Assembly: GCA_944363595.1 (NCBI GenBank)
Contig: CALVUN010000038.1
Span: 1 to 48,339 of the forward strand
Origin: an uncultured Bacilli bacterium
GTDB lineage: Bacteria > Bacillota_I > Bacilli_A > RF39 > UBA660
DNA: 48,339 bases
Direction of reading: 5' to 3'
The translations under genes and the position numbers were made by a program. Of the stretch, positions 8,767-18,902 are shown piece after piece; the stretch's first letter is position 1, and each line of letters opens with the position of its first letter. Under the pieces are notes generated by a model. That model saw only the letters and a list, made by a program, of their open reading frames with translations, did no database searches and had not been told where the DNA came from.

Positions 8767-10005
8767 ATGAATAAAAAGAAGAAAAAATTAATCGTTTTAG
8801 CTTTTTTATTAATTGTTATTATAATAGGGAGTATTGTCTATAATAATACAATTTTATCAAGCCGTTTAATTTTAAGTAACAGCTTTACCAAATTAAATAA
8901 AGAATTATCAGTAATATTAAATCCCCTTTTACCAAATTATGAATTTACAAGTGATTTAACCATTGATGGAACAGCTTCTTTTAATATTAGTAATGTTCAA
9001 AATAATGATATAGAAGTATTTAATGAAGAAATAAACAATTTAGATTTAAAATATTCATATATTCATAATCAAGAAGAAAATAGCACTGTATGTCAAATTT
9101 CCAGTTTCGTTAAAGAAAACCCATTACTAAATATTAAATATATAAATACAAATAATACAAACTATTTATATTTGCATGACATATATAGTAAATATATAAA
9201 TATTGGAAATCTAAATAGTAATATTTATAATAACACATTAAATGACTATCAATACTTATATAACTTATTAATAAACACATTAAACAACAATTTAAAAGAT
9301 GAATATTTCACAAAAAAAATAAGTATGGCTGCAACACCAATAATTGAAGTAACATTAACATTAAATAAAGAAGATATAAATACTATTATTACCAATGTCC
9401 AAAACACATTAAAAGAAGATTCACGTGCAAGTAATATTATTGCTAATATAGATTCAAATTTCATAAATCAGGCTATTGATAACATAAAACAAAATCTAGA
9501 AAGTATAACAATTTATACTAGACAAAGCATTATTGAGGATAATCTCCAAAATGTAACCATATCAATAACCAATAATGGAATAACAAATTCTTTCATATAT
9601 AACAAACATGACAATCAAAAACAAATAATTATTAATGATTATTTACTTACATATAGTCATGATGATGTTAATTTTACAATAAAAGATACAAATGGCAGAA
9701 GTCTAAATGGCCATAATATTGAAGACGGATATACTTATTCATATAGTGATGAAAGTCAAGATATAACATTCAAAATAAATAATTATATTAATAATCAAAA
9801 CCTTGAATATAATTACATTCTAACAATAGAAAATAATGAAGAAACCCTTCATATTAACCTTAATGGCATAATCAAAAAAGAAACATCGACAATGACTGAT
9901 GACGTAACTAATGCCATAAAATTTGAAGAAATAAGTGAAGCAGACCAGCAATTAATAATAAATAATGTAACAAATAAAATAATTGATTTGCTAGATTTAG
10001 AATAA
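8767..10005 (+). CDS. Hypothetical Asn-rich membrane-anchored protein
   Basis: MNKKKKKLIVLAFLLIVIIIGSIVY is a signal anchor; a long low-complexity extracellular part follows. Start chosen for its spacing to GGGAAG. Confidence 0.45.
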   Translation: MNKKKKKLIVLAFLLIVIIIGSIVYNNTILSSRLILSNSFTKLNKELSVILNPLLPNYEFTSDLTIDGTASFNISNVQNNDIEVFNEEINNLDLKYSYIHNQEENSTVCQISSFVKENPLLNIKYINTNNTNYLYLHDIYSKYINIGNLNSNIYNNTLNDYQYLYNLLINTLNNNLKDEYFTKKISMAATPIIEVTLTLNKEDINTIITNVQNTLKEDSRASNIIANIDSNFINQAIDNIKQNLESITIYTRQSIIEDNLQNVTISITNNGITNSFIYNKHDNQKQIIINDYLLTYSHDDVNFTIKDTNGRSLNGHNIEDGYTYSYSDESQDITFKINNYINNQNLEYNYILTIENNEETLHINLNGIIKKETSTMTDDVTNAIKFEEISEADQQLIINNVTNKIIDLLDLE

Positions 10006-10082
10006 AAAAATACAATACATTAAAGGTGAATAAATAATTGACAAATACACCTTTTTTTTATATAATTACCTTAGGTGATAAG

Positions 10083-11264
10083 ATGAAGAAAATAATATTT
10101 GCTATTATAACATTTCTCTTCCTTTTTATACCATGTATAAAAGTTGAAGCAAAGACAATTAATGACATTAGAAATCAAATAAAAGAACTAGAGGCTAAAC
10201 AAGCCCAAAATGATAGCAGTAAAAAACTAACTCAAGAAGAAATAGATCAATATACAGCCGATATTGCTAATTTAACAGCAAGTATCAAAAAAACAAATGA
10301 TGAAGTTGTTGAGACAGAAAAAAGTATTATTGAAAGTCAGGATCAAATAGAAGACAAGAGAGATCAAATAAACGAAATGATGCGATATTTACAAGTTTCA
10401 ACTGGTGAAAATGTTTATTTAGAATACATATTCGAAGCTGAAAGTTACACTGATTTTATTTATCGTTATGCACTAGTTTCCCAAATGAGTGATTATAACA
10501 ATACACTTATGGACGAATTAGCAGTAATAATAAGTGATTTAGAAGTAAAAAAGAAAGATTTAGCGGAAAAACAGGAAAGTATGAATTCAGAAAAACAGGA
10601 ACTAACAACTAAAACCATGGCATTACAGTCAAATTTAAGTGAAATGACTGCAGAAGGAACAACAATCGCTGAAGATATCGAAGATTTAAAAAACGAAATC
10701 GAAATGTATAAAAATAGAGGCTGTGGTGATAATCAAGATGTTACAACATGTGGCATGGGTGGTATGAATTCAACTGGTTGGAGTTATCCGTTGATGAGTG
10801 GTTGCGTAACCTCAGAATATGTTGGTAATGGTTATCGTGAGGACTGGAGTGGTAGCGTTAGTGGTCACCACGGAATTGATTTAGGATGTAATTCTGAAGG
10901 AACACCAGTTTATGCAGCAGCAAGTGGTTATGTAGCACGTGTAGTTTATGGATCAAGTTGTGGAGGAAATATGGTTTGGGTATATCATACAGTCAATGGA
11001 GTACCATATACAACAGTATATATGCATATGCTATCAATAAATGTTTCAACTGGCCAAAGTGTAACAACTAGCACTGTGGTAGGAACTGTTGGGGGAGGTT
11101 CAACAGCATATATAAATGGCGGTTATGATACATGTACAAGCGGTACCCATCTCCATTTTGGCATGGCATCAGGTCATAATGCTGTTGGATTCAATAGTTA
11201 TTCTTTTAATCCTAGAGAATTGTTTAGCTTTCCAGCTATATATTCAGGATATTTTTCAAGATAA
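10083..11264 (+). CDS. M23-family peptidoglycan DD-metalloendopeptidase with an N-terminal coiled coil
   Basis: Signal peptide MKKIIFAIITFLF, about 200 aa of coiled coil, then the M23 motifs HHGIDLG, VYMHM and GTHLHFG. Confidence 0.85.
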   Translation: MKKIIFAIITFLFLFIPCIKVEAKTINDIRNQIKELEAKQAQNDSSKKLTQEEIDQYTADIANLTASIKKTNDEVVETEKSIIESQDQIEDKRDQINEMMRYLQVSTGENVYLEYIFEAESYTDFIYRYALVSQMSDYNNTLMDELAVIISDLEVKKKDLAEKQESMNSEKQELTTKTMALQSNLSEMTAEGTTIAEDIEDLKNEIEMYKNRGCGDNQDVTTCGMGGMNSTGWSYPLMSGCVTSEYVGNGYREDWSGSVSGHHGIDLGCNSEGTPVYAAASGYVARVVYGSSCGGNMVWVYHTVNGVPYTTVYMHMLSINVSTGQSVTTSTVVGTVGGGSTAYINGGYDTCTSGTHLHFGMASGHNAVGFNSYSFNPRELFSFPAIYSGYFSR

Positions 11265-11267
11265 TTT

Positions 11268-11290
11268 AAAGAGCTTAATAGCTCTTTTTT
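11268..11290 (+). terminator. Rho-independent terminator
   Basis: AAAGAGC-ttaata-GCTCTTT followed by a T-run. Confidence 0.7.
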
Positions 11291-11305
11291 AGGAGGTGCC
11301 CCAAT

Positions 11306-13630
11306 ATGAATGGTTTAAATCGACAAGAAGTAGAGTATCGTCAAAGCAACGGATTAAATAATAATATCAATATCAAATATTCAAGAAGCATCAAAAATAT
11401 TATAAGATCAAATATCTTAACACTATTTAATCTAATAAATGTAGTATTAGCAATTCTAGTAATTACCACTGGCTCCCTTCAAAACACATTATTTATTTTT
11501 GTCATTATTTTTAACACTATAATAGCTATTGCCCAAGAAATAAAAGCCAAATACGTCATAGATAAACTAACTATTACAACGCAAGAAAAAGTTACTGTAA
11601 TAAGAGATGGCCATAAAGAAGAAATAACCCCAGATCAATTAGTAATTGATGATATAATGCTCCTAAAAAGTGGAGACGACGTACTTGTTGATGCCAAAAT
11701 CATAAAAAGTTCCTTATGTGAAGTTGACGAATCAATTATCACTGGAGAAAGTGATGCTATCTCCAAACATAAAGATGACAAATTAATTTCTGGAAGCATA
11801 ATCATCAGTGGTAGTTGCTATGCACAAGTTATTGCAATAGGAGCCAATAACTATACAAGTAAGCTCATTAAAGAAGCCAATAATATAAAAGATAACTCAT
11901 CTTATCTAAAAAAATGTGTCAATTCAATTTTAAAAATAGTAACAATTCTTATTGTCCCAACAGGTATTCTCTTATTTATATCCCAATATTTTTTTAGTGG
12001 CCAAACATATAGTGAAGCCATACTTTCATCAGTTGCTGGTATTGTAGGAATGATACCTGAAGGACTCGTTTTATTAACAAGTATCGCCTTAACAGTAGGG
12101 GTCATTAAAATGGCTAGAAAAAAAGTAATAATACAAAAATTAAATGGTATAGAAACCCTATCATGTGTCGATATTTTATGTTTAGATAAAACAGGTACCA
12201 TCACCGACGGAAGTATGGAAGTAGTCAAAGTAATTAATCTCACCAAAGAAAATATCAATGAATTAATTTCTAATATCTTACCAGAAACACTTATCAATGC
12301 AACAGATATCGCTTTAGGAAAATATTTTAAAGAACCTAAAACATTAAAAGCTACTAAAAAAATCCCTTTTTCATCATATCGCAAATATAGTGCTACAACA
12401 TTTAAAGAAAAAGGAACATACTTTCTTGGAGCTTTAGAATATATCACTAAAGAAGATATTACCAAATATAATAAATACCTATCAAAGTATATTGATGAAG
12501 GCTATCGTATTATCTCCTTATGCCATTCAAACTCCCCATTAGAAAAAAATATCCCATCTGATACTAAAGTAATAAGTTTCATTATTTTAAAAGACAACCT
12601 TCGTTCTAACGCCAAAGAAACATTAAATTATTTTAAAGAGCAAGGTGTAGAATTAAAAATAATATCTGGTGATAATCCCAAAACTGTATCAAATATAATG
12701 AAACAATTATCATTTGATGGCTTTGATAAATACATTCAAGGCCCAGATTTACCAAATAATTACCAAGAATTAGTAAAAATTGTCAATAATTATAAAATTT
12801 TCGGTCGCGTTACTCCCAAACAAAAACAAATGATAATCAAAGCATATAAAGAAAATAAAACTGTTGGAATGATCGGTGATGGAGTAAATGATATTTTAGC
12901 ATTAAAAGAAGCCAACTGTGGTATTGCTTTAGCATCTGGTATCAGCGCTGCAAGAAGTGTCTCAGAAGTAGTTTTGACAACATCTGATTTTAGCGTTTTA
13001 CCAAATATTGTCGATGAAGGAAGAAGAGTAGTAAATAACATCGAAAGAGTAGCTAGTCTTTATTTAGTTAAAACAATTTATTCCTTTTTATTATCAATTT
13101 TATCAATAATAATTACTCATGAATATCCCTTTTATCCAATTCAATTATCATTGATAGGTTCAGTCTGTGTTGGTGCTCCATCATTTATTTTAGCATTAGA
13201 ACCAAATTATAACAAAGTCAAACCTGGTTTTCTAGCTAAAGTTTTTCGTAATGCCCTCCCAAGCGGGCTGACTGTATTTTTAAACATATTCTTTATTATC
13301 ATGATAAGTAGCATTTTAAAAATAAATTTTGAAGATTTACGATTACTTATTGTCACAACAACAGGAATTATCAATTTAAGACTATTATATAGTATAAGTA
13401 AACCACTAACATTTATAAGAACATCCCTTTTAGTAGGTTGTAGTCTCGTCTTTTTTGAATTACTAATAATATTCCCAGATTTATTTTTAGTTAACCATTT
13501 CAATATAGTTTCTATTATCTCTATAATCCTTTTTGCAATAATAAACATGTATATCATCGATTTTTTTGAAACTCTGTATGATTATTGTTACCAAAAAATA
13601 AAAGGAGGAAGTACTAAATGCGAAAATTAA
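11306..13630 (+). CDS. Cation-translocating P-type ATPase (HAD-IC family); ion specificity not determinable
   Basis: ITGESD, the phosphorylation site LCLDKTGTITDG, GDGVNDILALKEANCGIA and about 10 TM helices. SD AGGAGG. Confidence 0.9.
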   Translation: MNGLNRQEVEYRQSNGLNNNINIKYSRSIKNIIRSNILTLFNLINVVLAILVITTGSLQNTLFIFVIIFNTIIAIAQEIKAKYVIDKLTITTQEKVTVIRDGHKEEITPDQLVIDDIMLLKSGDDVLVDAKIIKSSLCEVDESIITGESDAISKHKDDKLISGSIIISGSCYAQVIAIGANNYTSKLIKEANNIKDNSSYLKKCVNSILKIVTILIVPTGILLFISQYFFSGQTYSEAILSSVAGIVGMIPEGLVLLTSIALTVGVIKMARKKVIIQKLNGIETLSCVDILCLDKTGTITDGSMEVVKVINLTKENINELISNILPETLINATDIALGKYFKEPKTLKATKKIPFSSYRKYSATTFKEKGTYFLGALEYITKEDITKYNKYLSKYIDEGYRIISLCHSNSPLEKNIPSDTKVISFIILKDNLRSNAKETLNYFKEQGVELKIISGDNPKTVSNIMKQLSFDGFDKYIQGPDLPNNYQELVKIVNNYKIFGRVTPKQKQMIIKAYKENKTVGMIGDGVNDILALKEANCGIALASGISAARSVSEVVLTTSDFSVLPNIVDEGRRVVNNIERVASLYLVKTIYSFLLSILSIIITHEYPFYPIQLSLIGSVCVGAPSFILALEPNYNKVKPGFLAKVFRNALPSGLTVFLNIFFIIMISSILKINFEDLRLLIVTTTGIINLRLLYSISKPLTFIRTSLLVGCSLVFFELLIIFPDLFLVNHFNIVSIISIILFAIINMYIIDFFETLYDYCYQKIKGGSTKCEN

Positions 13631-14577
13631 AAATATGGCGTATTATTTGGGTATCAGGTATATTCTTAATATTAATTGTCATTTTAATTGCAGTCATAGA
13701 ATATAAAGTAAAATTTGAACATACAAATCAAGGAAATATTTCTCTTTATATTTATCATTGCACTTCACAAGACAATTATAATTCCTTATGTGCAACAACT
13801 AACCAAAATAATATTGGTGAAAATCAACTCATATCAACATACACATGTAATGAAAATAATTGTCCTACATTAGGAACTGTATTGAGTGTTCAAAATCAAA
13901 TTATTACTCTTATAAACCAAGACAAAAGTATAACACTATTTGATGCCAAGAATAATCAAATCATCAGTAGTGGTTATCAAGAATATTATATTCTAACAAA
14001 AAAAGATGAAAGCATTTTAGGATATGTTGTAAAAAATAATGAAAATAAATATGGAATAATTAACGCCCAAGGTGATGAATTAACAGAAATAATTTACGAT
14101 AAAATCGGTAATATTAACGAAAATAAAATTACAGATTATAATGAAAATTACATAATTGTAGTTAAAGACGGATTATACGGAGTAATTAATATTACTACAG
14201 GTGAAATCATTATTGACTTCAAATATAATGAATTACATATAAATGGTACCGCTATTCTAACAGTTCAAAATAATCTCCTATATCCCATAAGTGTTGAAGA
14301 AAAATATCTTTTAGTAAATGGATACAACTATATATATGGATACGATAACTTGTATATAGTAATTAAAGATAAAAAACTAAATATTTTAGATAATAATGAA
14401 AAAACACTTATTATAACACCAGTAGAAATATATGAAGATTATTTATACAATGATCCAACTACATATTCTACTATTCAAACATATCAAGAAGAAAATATAA
14501 TCTATATTTTAGTAAAAAAAGATAATGAATATATAGAATATCAATATAATATAGATAATCATAAATTATCGAGTTAA
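13618..14577 (+). CDS. Membrane-anchored WG/KWG-like repeat protein (hypothetical)
   Basis: N-terminal TM and repeated ..(K/L)YG(I/V)IN..G(D/E)..I...Y(D/N).. units. Overlaps the ATPase gene by 13 nt. Confidence 0.4.
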   Translation: MRKLKIWRIIWVSGIFLILIVILIAVIEYKVKFEHTNQGNISLYIYHCTSQDNYNSLCATTNQNNIGENQLISTYTCNENNCPTLGTVLSVQNQIITLINQDKSITLFDAKNNQIISSGYQEYYILTKKDESILGYVVKNNENKYGIINAQGDELTEIIYDKIGNINENKITDYNENYIIVVKDGLYGVINITTGEIIIDFKYNELHINGTAILTVQNNLLYPISVEEKYLLVNGYNYIYGYDNLYIVIKDKKLNILDNNEKTLIITPVEIYEDYLYNDPTTYSTIQTYQEENIIYILVKKDNEYIEYQYNIDNHKLSS

Positions 14578-14604
14578 GAAACTATTTATTAGTTTCTTTT
14601 TTTT
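14577..14604 (+). terminator. Rho-independent terminator
   Basis: AGAAACT-atttatt-AGTTTCT followed by T8. Confidence 0.75.
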
Positions 14605-14795
14605 CAAATTAATATTTAAAATATAAAAGTAAAATTTATTGAAAAATAAAATATCTATATAAACAATATAAAAACAAAACTATTCAAATTAACTAACAAG
14701 TTATTTTTATAAATATTTTCATTCCTATTTCTTTTTTCCAACATTTATGATATAATTATAAAGTCTTTATACTTTATTAAAAAGAAAGGAGCAAA

Positions 14796-16442
14796 ATGAG
14801 TAAAATAAAAATGTTTGCTTTAGGAGGCTTAAATGAAAATGGCAAAAATATGTTTGTCATTGAAGTTGATGATGATATTTTAGTTATAGAAGCAGGACTA
14901 AAGCATTCTGATGAACACACTTTAGGAATAGATTATATGATTCCTAATATTGAATATTTAAAACAAAATAAAAATAAAATAAGAGGTATATTTTTAACAC
15001 ATGCTCATGATGAAAATTCAGGAGCTCTTGCAGATATTGTAAATGACCTAGATAACATTCCTATTTATGGATCTAAATTCACAATTGATATTATAAAAAA
15101 AGAATTTGAAACAGATAAATTAAAAACATCTAATTTAATAACGATAAAAGCCAATAAAACTTTGGAAGTAGGGAACTTAAAGGTTTTTCCGGTAAACCAA
15201 TCGCATTCCATTCCAGATAATTATGGTTACGCAATATATACCAAAGATGGTGTGATTTTCTATTCTGCTGATTTTGTATTTGATCCCATGATGCGTGGAG
15301 CATATCAAACAGATATAGGTAAATTAGCATACATAGGAAAGCAAGGTGTATTATGTCTTCTAACAGAATCAATTTATGCCGACAAAAAAGGATTTACAAC
15401 ACCACATCATAGAATTAATTCTCTTATTCGTGAAACATTAAATAAAGCAGAAGGAAGAATAATTTTTAATGTCTTAAATTCCCATTTATATCGCATTCAA
15501 GAATTATTTAATGAAGTATCAAAGACTGATCGTAAGATTGTTATTATGGGAAAAAGACTTCAAAATACCGTAGCGGAAGCCATTGCTAATAAATATCTAT
15601 TTGTTAAATCAGGCTTAATTGGCGATTTGTCAAATATTAACGATCCCAATGTTGTTATTGTTAATTCAAATGAAAGAGAAAAACCATATTCCAATATGTT
15701 AAAAATAATAAATGGCTATGATAAATTTATCAAAATAAATGATAAAGATACCGTTTTTCTAGCCACCCCTATTTATGAGGGAAGAGAAAAAACTTATTTT
15801 CATATGTTAGATGAATTAGCAAGATTAAAATGTAGCGTCGTTACATTGCCATCTAAGACCTATTTATCACACCATGCATCATCAGAAGATCTAATGATGA
15901 TGATTGATTTAATCAAACCAAAATATTATTTCCCAATTCGTGGTGAATACCATCTACAAGTGGCTAATGCCGAGGTTGCAAGTAAATTAGGAATAAGAAA
16001 AGAAAATATAATTCTAAAAGAAAATGGCGATGTCGTAACATTCAAAGATGGCGTTCTTCAAGATGATTTTGAAAAAGTACCAAGTGGTTCAATTCAAATC
16101 GATGGTGAATCATCAGATGATGTTGGCGAGTTAGTCCTAAAAGATCGTGAATTGCTATCAAATGATGGCATTATTATCATTACGGCAACAATTAGTAAAA
16201 AAGATAAAAAACTAATTGGTGGCCCAGAAATTTTAACTAGAGGTTTTGTCTATGTTAAAGATAGCTCTGAATTAATAAATGAAATAAAAAAGAAATGTAC
16301 TAAAATAATTAATGATAATATTCATTCAAATTATGTTGAATATAACAAAATAAAAAGTACAATTAGAGACGAATTAAGTAAATATTTAAGTGTTGAAACA
16401 GGTAATAAGCCAATGATTATTACTGTAACAACAGAAGTATAA
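14796..16442 (+). CDS. rnj: Ribonuclease J family protein (metallo-beta-lactamase/beta-CASP) with degenerate metal-binding motifs (J2-like)
   Basis: Overall RNase J layout is present (..SHSIPDN.., ..SADFVFD.., ..LTESIYA.., ..SHHASSEDL..). Motif II reads THAHDENSG instead of HxHxDH, and the beta-CASP motif C reads PIRGEY instead of HGEY. Confidence 0.8.
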   Translation: MSKIKMFALGGLNENGKNMFVIEVDDDILVIEAGLKHSDEHTLGIDYMIPNIEYLKQNKNKIRGIFLTHAHDENSGALADIVNDLDNIPIYGSKFTIDIIKKEFETDKLKTSNLITIKANKTLEVGNLKVFPVNQSHSIPDNYGYAIYTKDGVIFYSADFVFDPMMRGAYQTDIGKLAYIGKQGVLCLLTESIYADKKGFTTPHHRINSLIRETLNKAEGRIIFNVLNSHLYRIQELFNEVSKTDRKIVIMGKRLQNTVAEAIANKYLFVKSGLIGDLSNINDPNVVIVNSNEREKPYSNMLKIINGYDKFIKINDKDTVFLATPIYEGREKTYFHMLDELARLKCSVVTLPSKTYLSHHASSEDLMMMIDLIKPKYYFPIRGEYHLQVANAEVASKLGIRKENIILKENGDVVTFKDGVLQDDFEKVPSGSIQIDGESSDDVGELVLKDRELLSNDGIIIITATISKKDKKLIGGPEILTRGFVYVKDSSELINEIKKKCTKIINDNIHSNYVEYNKIKSTIRDELSKYLSVETGNKPMIITVTTEV

Positions 16443-16475
16443 ACTATAAAATAAAAGAATTTTATAGTTTTTTTT
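16441..16475 (+). terminator. Rho-independent terminator
   Basis: Perfect 10-bp stem AAACTATAAA / TTTATAGTTT followed by a T-run. Confidence 0.75.
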
Positions 16476-16530
16476 ACACAAAAAAGGAAACAGAAAATAT
16501 TATAAGAATAATAATATTGAAGGTGAGATA

Positions 16531-17223
16531 ATGAATAGTATAAAAGAAATACCAAAATCAGAAAGGCCTCGTGAAAGACTATATCAATATGGTGCCTCTA
16601 ATCTATCCAATGAAGAACTATTATCAATTATTCTTAAAAGTGGCAATAAAAAATATTCTCTCAAAGAAATTGTATTTAAATTACTTTCTCATATAGATAA
16701 TATTAAAAATTTAAAAAATGAAAATGTCATAAGTTTAATGCAAATTCCAGGAATATCCCAAATAAAAGCCATTGAATTAGTTGCAGTCATAGAATTAGGC
16801 AAAAGGATATATGCAGAAATATCTCTAGAAGAAGTAATATCATGTACTACTCCAGTTAATATTATTAAATATTTCAATTATCTTTTTCAAGATAAAAAAC
16901 AAGAAGAATTTTATGTCTTATACTTAGATAATAGCAAAAAATTTTTAGCTAAGAAAAAATTATTTATTGGAACAATAGCATCATCTGTTGTCCATCCCCG
17001 TGAAATATTTAAGGAAGCATATTTACTATCAGCATCATATATTGTGTGTCTTCATAATCATCCATCAGGTAATTGTCTACCAAGTAAAGAAGATATTAAT
17101 ATAACCAGAAAAATAAAAGAAATAGGTATAATACATTCAATATTTTTAATAGATCATATTATTGTAGGAAAAAACAATTATTATAGTTTTTATGAAAATA
17201 ATAATATTTTAAATAAATTGTAA
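16531..17223 (+). CDS. radC: RadC-like JAB/MPN domain protein (UPF0758)
   Basis: N-terminal ..ERPRERL...G...LS..ELL.I.L..G.., an HhH region, and the JAMM motif HNHPSG. Confidence 0.9.
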   Translation: MNSIKEIPKSERPRERLYQYGASNLSNEELLSIILKSGNKKYSLKEIVFKLLSHIDNIKNLKNENVISLMQIPGISQIKAIELVAVIELGKRIYAEISLEEVISCTTPVNIIKYFNYLFQDKKQEEFYVLYLDNSKKFLAKKKLFIGTIASSVVHPREIFKEAYLLSASYIVCLHNHPSGNCLPSKEDINITRKIKEIGIIHSIFLIDHIIVGKNNYYSFYENNNILNKL

Positions 17224-17296
17224 AAATTAGGAAATAGTATTAATAGATACTTTTAATTTCAAAAAAATTATTATATAATTATTTAAGGTGATATTT

Positions 17297-18154
17297 ATGC
17301 TTAATACAAAAAGAAAGAAAATTCCTGTAAAATATATCGTTATTATTATAATTGTGATAATTATGATTCTTTTTGGCATTTTTTCCTATACTTTAAAAGA
17401 AGATCGAAAATTAAATGTTGTAGAATCTCTCATTAAAGATGCAGTAGTGGGTGTCCAAAAAGTAGTTTATGCACCATTTAACTACATATTCAATCTTTTT
17501 AGTGATTTTCAAGAATTAGAAAAAATTAAGGAAGAAAATGATATTTTAAAAACAAGTATTGACAGAAATTCCGCTATTGAGACTGAAAATATAGAATTAA
17601 GAAGGCAAATTGAAGCATTAAAAGAAGAACTAAATATCGATTACGTATTAACAGACTATGAATACTTAAATGCAACTGTTATAAGTCGTAATATTGGTTA
17701 TTGGTATAACACCCTAACAATAGATAAAGGAAGTCATAATGGTATTGAAACAGATATGGTTGTTGTAAATTCTACAGGACTAATAGGCAAAATTATAAGT
17801 ACAACCAATTTCACATCTGAAGTAAGACTAATTACGACTAGTGATACAAACAATAAAATATCTGTCTCAATAACAAATGGTGAAAACAAACTAAACGGTT
17901 TAATTAATGGATATGACTATGAAAACAAAACACTTGAAGTTGAAGGAATAAGTAATACCGAAGAAGTAGCAATTGGGGATAAGGTTTACACCAGTGGTCT
18001 AGGAGGAATTTTCCCAAGTGGAATTTTAATAGGAACTGTTGAAAGTATAAATACAGATGAATATGATCTAGCCAAAATTATTAATGTAAAACCAAGTGCC
18101 GATTTTGATGACATAAATTATGTAAGCATACTTAAACGAAAGAGTGATAAATAA
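17297..18154 (+). CDS. mreC: Rod shape-determining protein MreC
   Basis: TM, coiled coil (ENDILK..ENIELRRQIEALKEEL), then GLIGKI.. and TSGLGGIFPSGILIG. SD AAGGTGA precedes the ATG at 17297. Confidence 0.85.
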   Translation: MLNTKRKKIPVKYIVIIIIVIIMILFGIFSYTLKEDRKLNVVESLIKDAVVGVQKVVYAPFNYIFNLFSDFQELEKIKEENDILKTSIDRNSAIETENIELRRQIEALKEELNIDYVLTDYEYLNATVISRNIGYWYNTLTIDKGSHNGIETDMVVVNSTGLIGKIISTTNFTSEVRLITTSDTNNKISVSITNGENKLNGLINGYDYENKTLEVEGISNTEEVAIGDKVYTSGLGGIFPSGILIGTVESINTDEYDLAKIINVKPSADFDDINYVSILKRKSDK

Positions 18155-18660
18155 TGATTATTGCCATTGTTTCCGTTATCATTTCTTTTTTCTTAGATGG
18201 ACTATTATCTAATTATTTTAACTTTTCTCTAATAAATCCAAGCATCTTTAAAACAATTTATACAATTGTTGCTTTAGTTGTTGTTTTACCATATTTCAAT
18301 AATGATAGAAAATATCTATATATTCTATTTGTAACAGCTATTCTTTTTGATATAGTCTATACCAATACCTTTATTCTCAATATTATTTTATTCTTTATAA
18401 TATATCTCTTAAATAAATTTCTTGATTTCTTCATGCCACATAATCTATTAAACAGTAATATACGTAGTATTTTATCACTAATTGTATACTATATTCTTAG
18501 TTTTAGCATTTTAAACATTGTAAAATATAATGAATATTCATTGTCATTATTATTAAATATTATCACTCATAGCATAATTATGACAATTATTTATACTACC
18601 ATTTTATATTTTATTACTAAATATTTATATGAAAAATTTAATATCAAACAAATAAGATAA
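18154..18660 (+). CDS. mreD: Rod shape-determining protein MreD
   Basis: Polytopic 168-aa membrane protein immediately downstream of mreC; its ATG overlaps the mreC stop (ATAATG). Confidence 0.7.
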   Translation: MIIAIVSVIISFFLDGLLSNYFNFSLINPSIFKTIYTIVALVVVLPYFNNDRKYLYILFVTAILFDIVYTNTFILNIILFFIIYLLNKFLDFFMPHNLLNSNIRSILSLIVYYILSFSILNIVKYNEYSLSLLLNIITHSIIMTIIYTTILYFITKYLYEKFNIKQIR

Positions 18661-18708
18661 TTTACAGTATAATAATATAATAATATAATAATTAATTAAA
18701 TCAAAAAC

Positions 18709-18745
18709 AACACGTTAGAAGTAAAAATCCTAACGTGTTTATTTA
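18709..18745 (+). terminator. Rho-independent terminator after mreD
   Basis: Perfect 10-bp stem AACACGTTAG / CTAACGTGTT followed by a T-rich tail. Confidence 0.7.
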
Positions 18746-18851
18746 TATTTTACTAACAAAATAAAAATAATGTAGATATAAATATTTTAAAGAATTAAAA
18801 ATGCAATAATTTAAAAGTAAATCAAAAAAATAATTAAAAAATAAAATTTAG

Positions 18852-18879
18852 AAAAAAATAATCTACAAAATATAGATTA
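18852..18879 (-). terminator. Rho-independent terminator of the transglutaminase-like gene
   Basis: Minus strand: TAATCTA-loop-TAGATTA followed by T7. Confidence 0.6.
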
Positions 18880-18902
18880 CTTTCTTTAATCATTTATCAA
18901 AA

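Noticed and set aside
11902-13557. Minus-strand ORFs inside the P-type ATPase gene (11902-12465, 12790-13041, 13207-13557)
   Set aside because: They are fully embedded antisense to a gene with clear conserved motifs. The same applies to the antisense ORFs within ligA, pnp, gltX, uvrC and the 519-aa gene.
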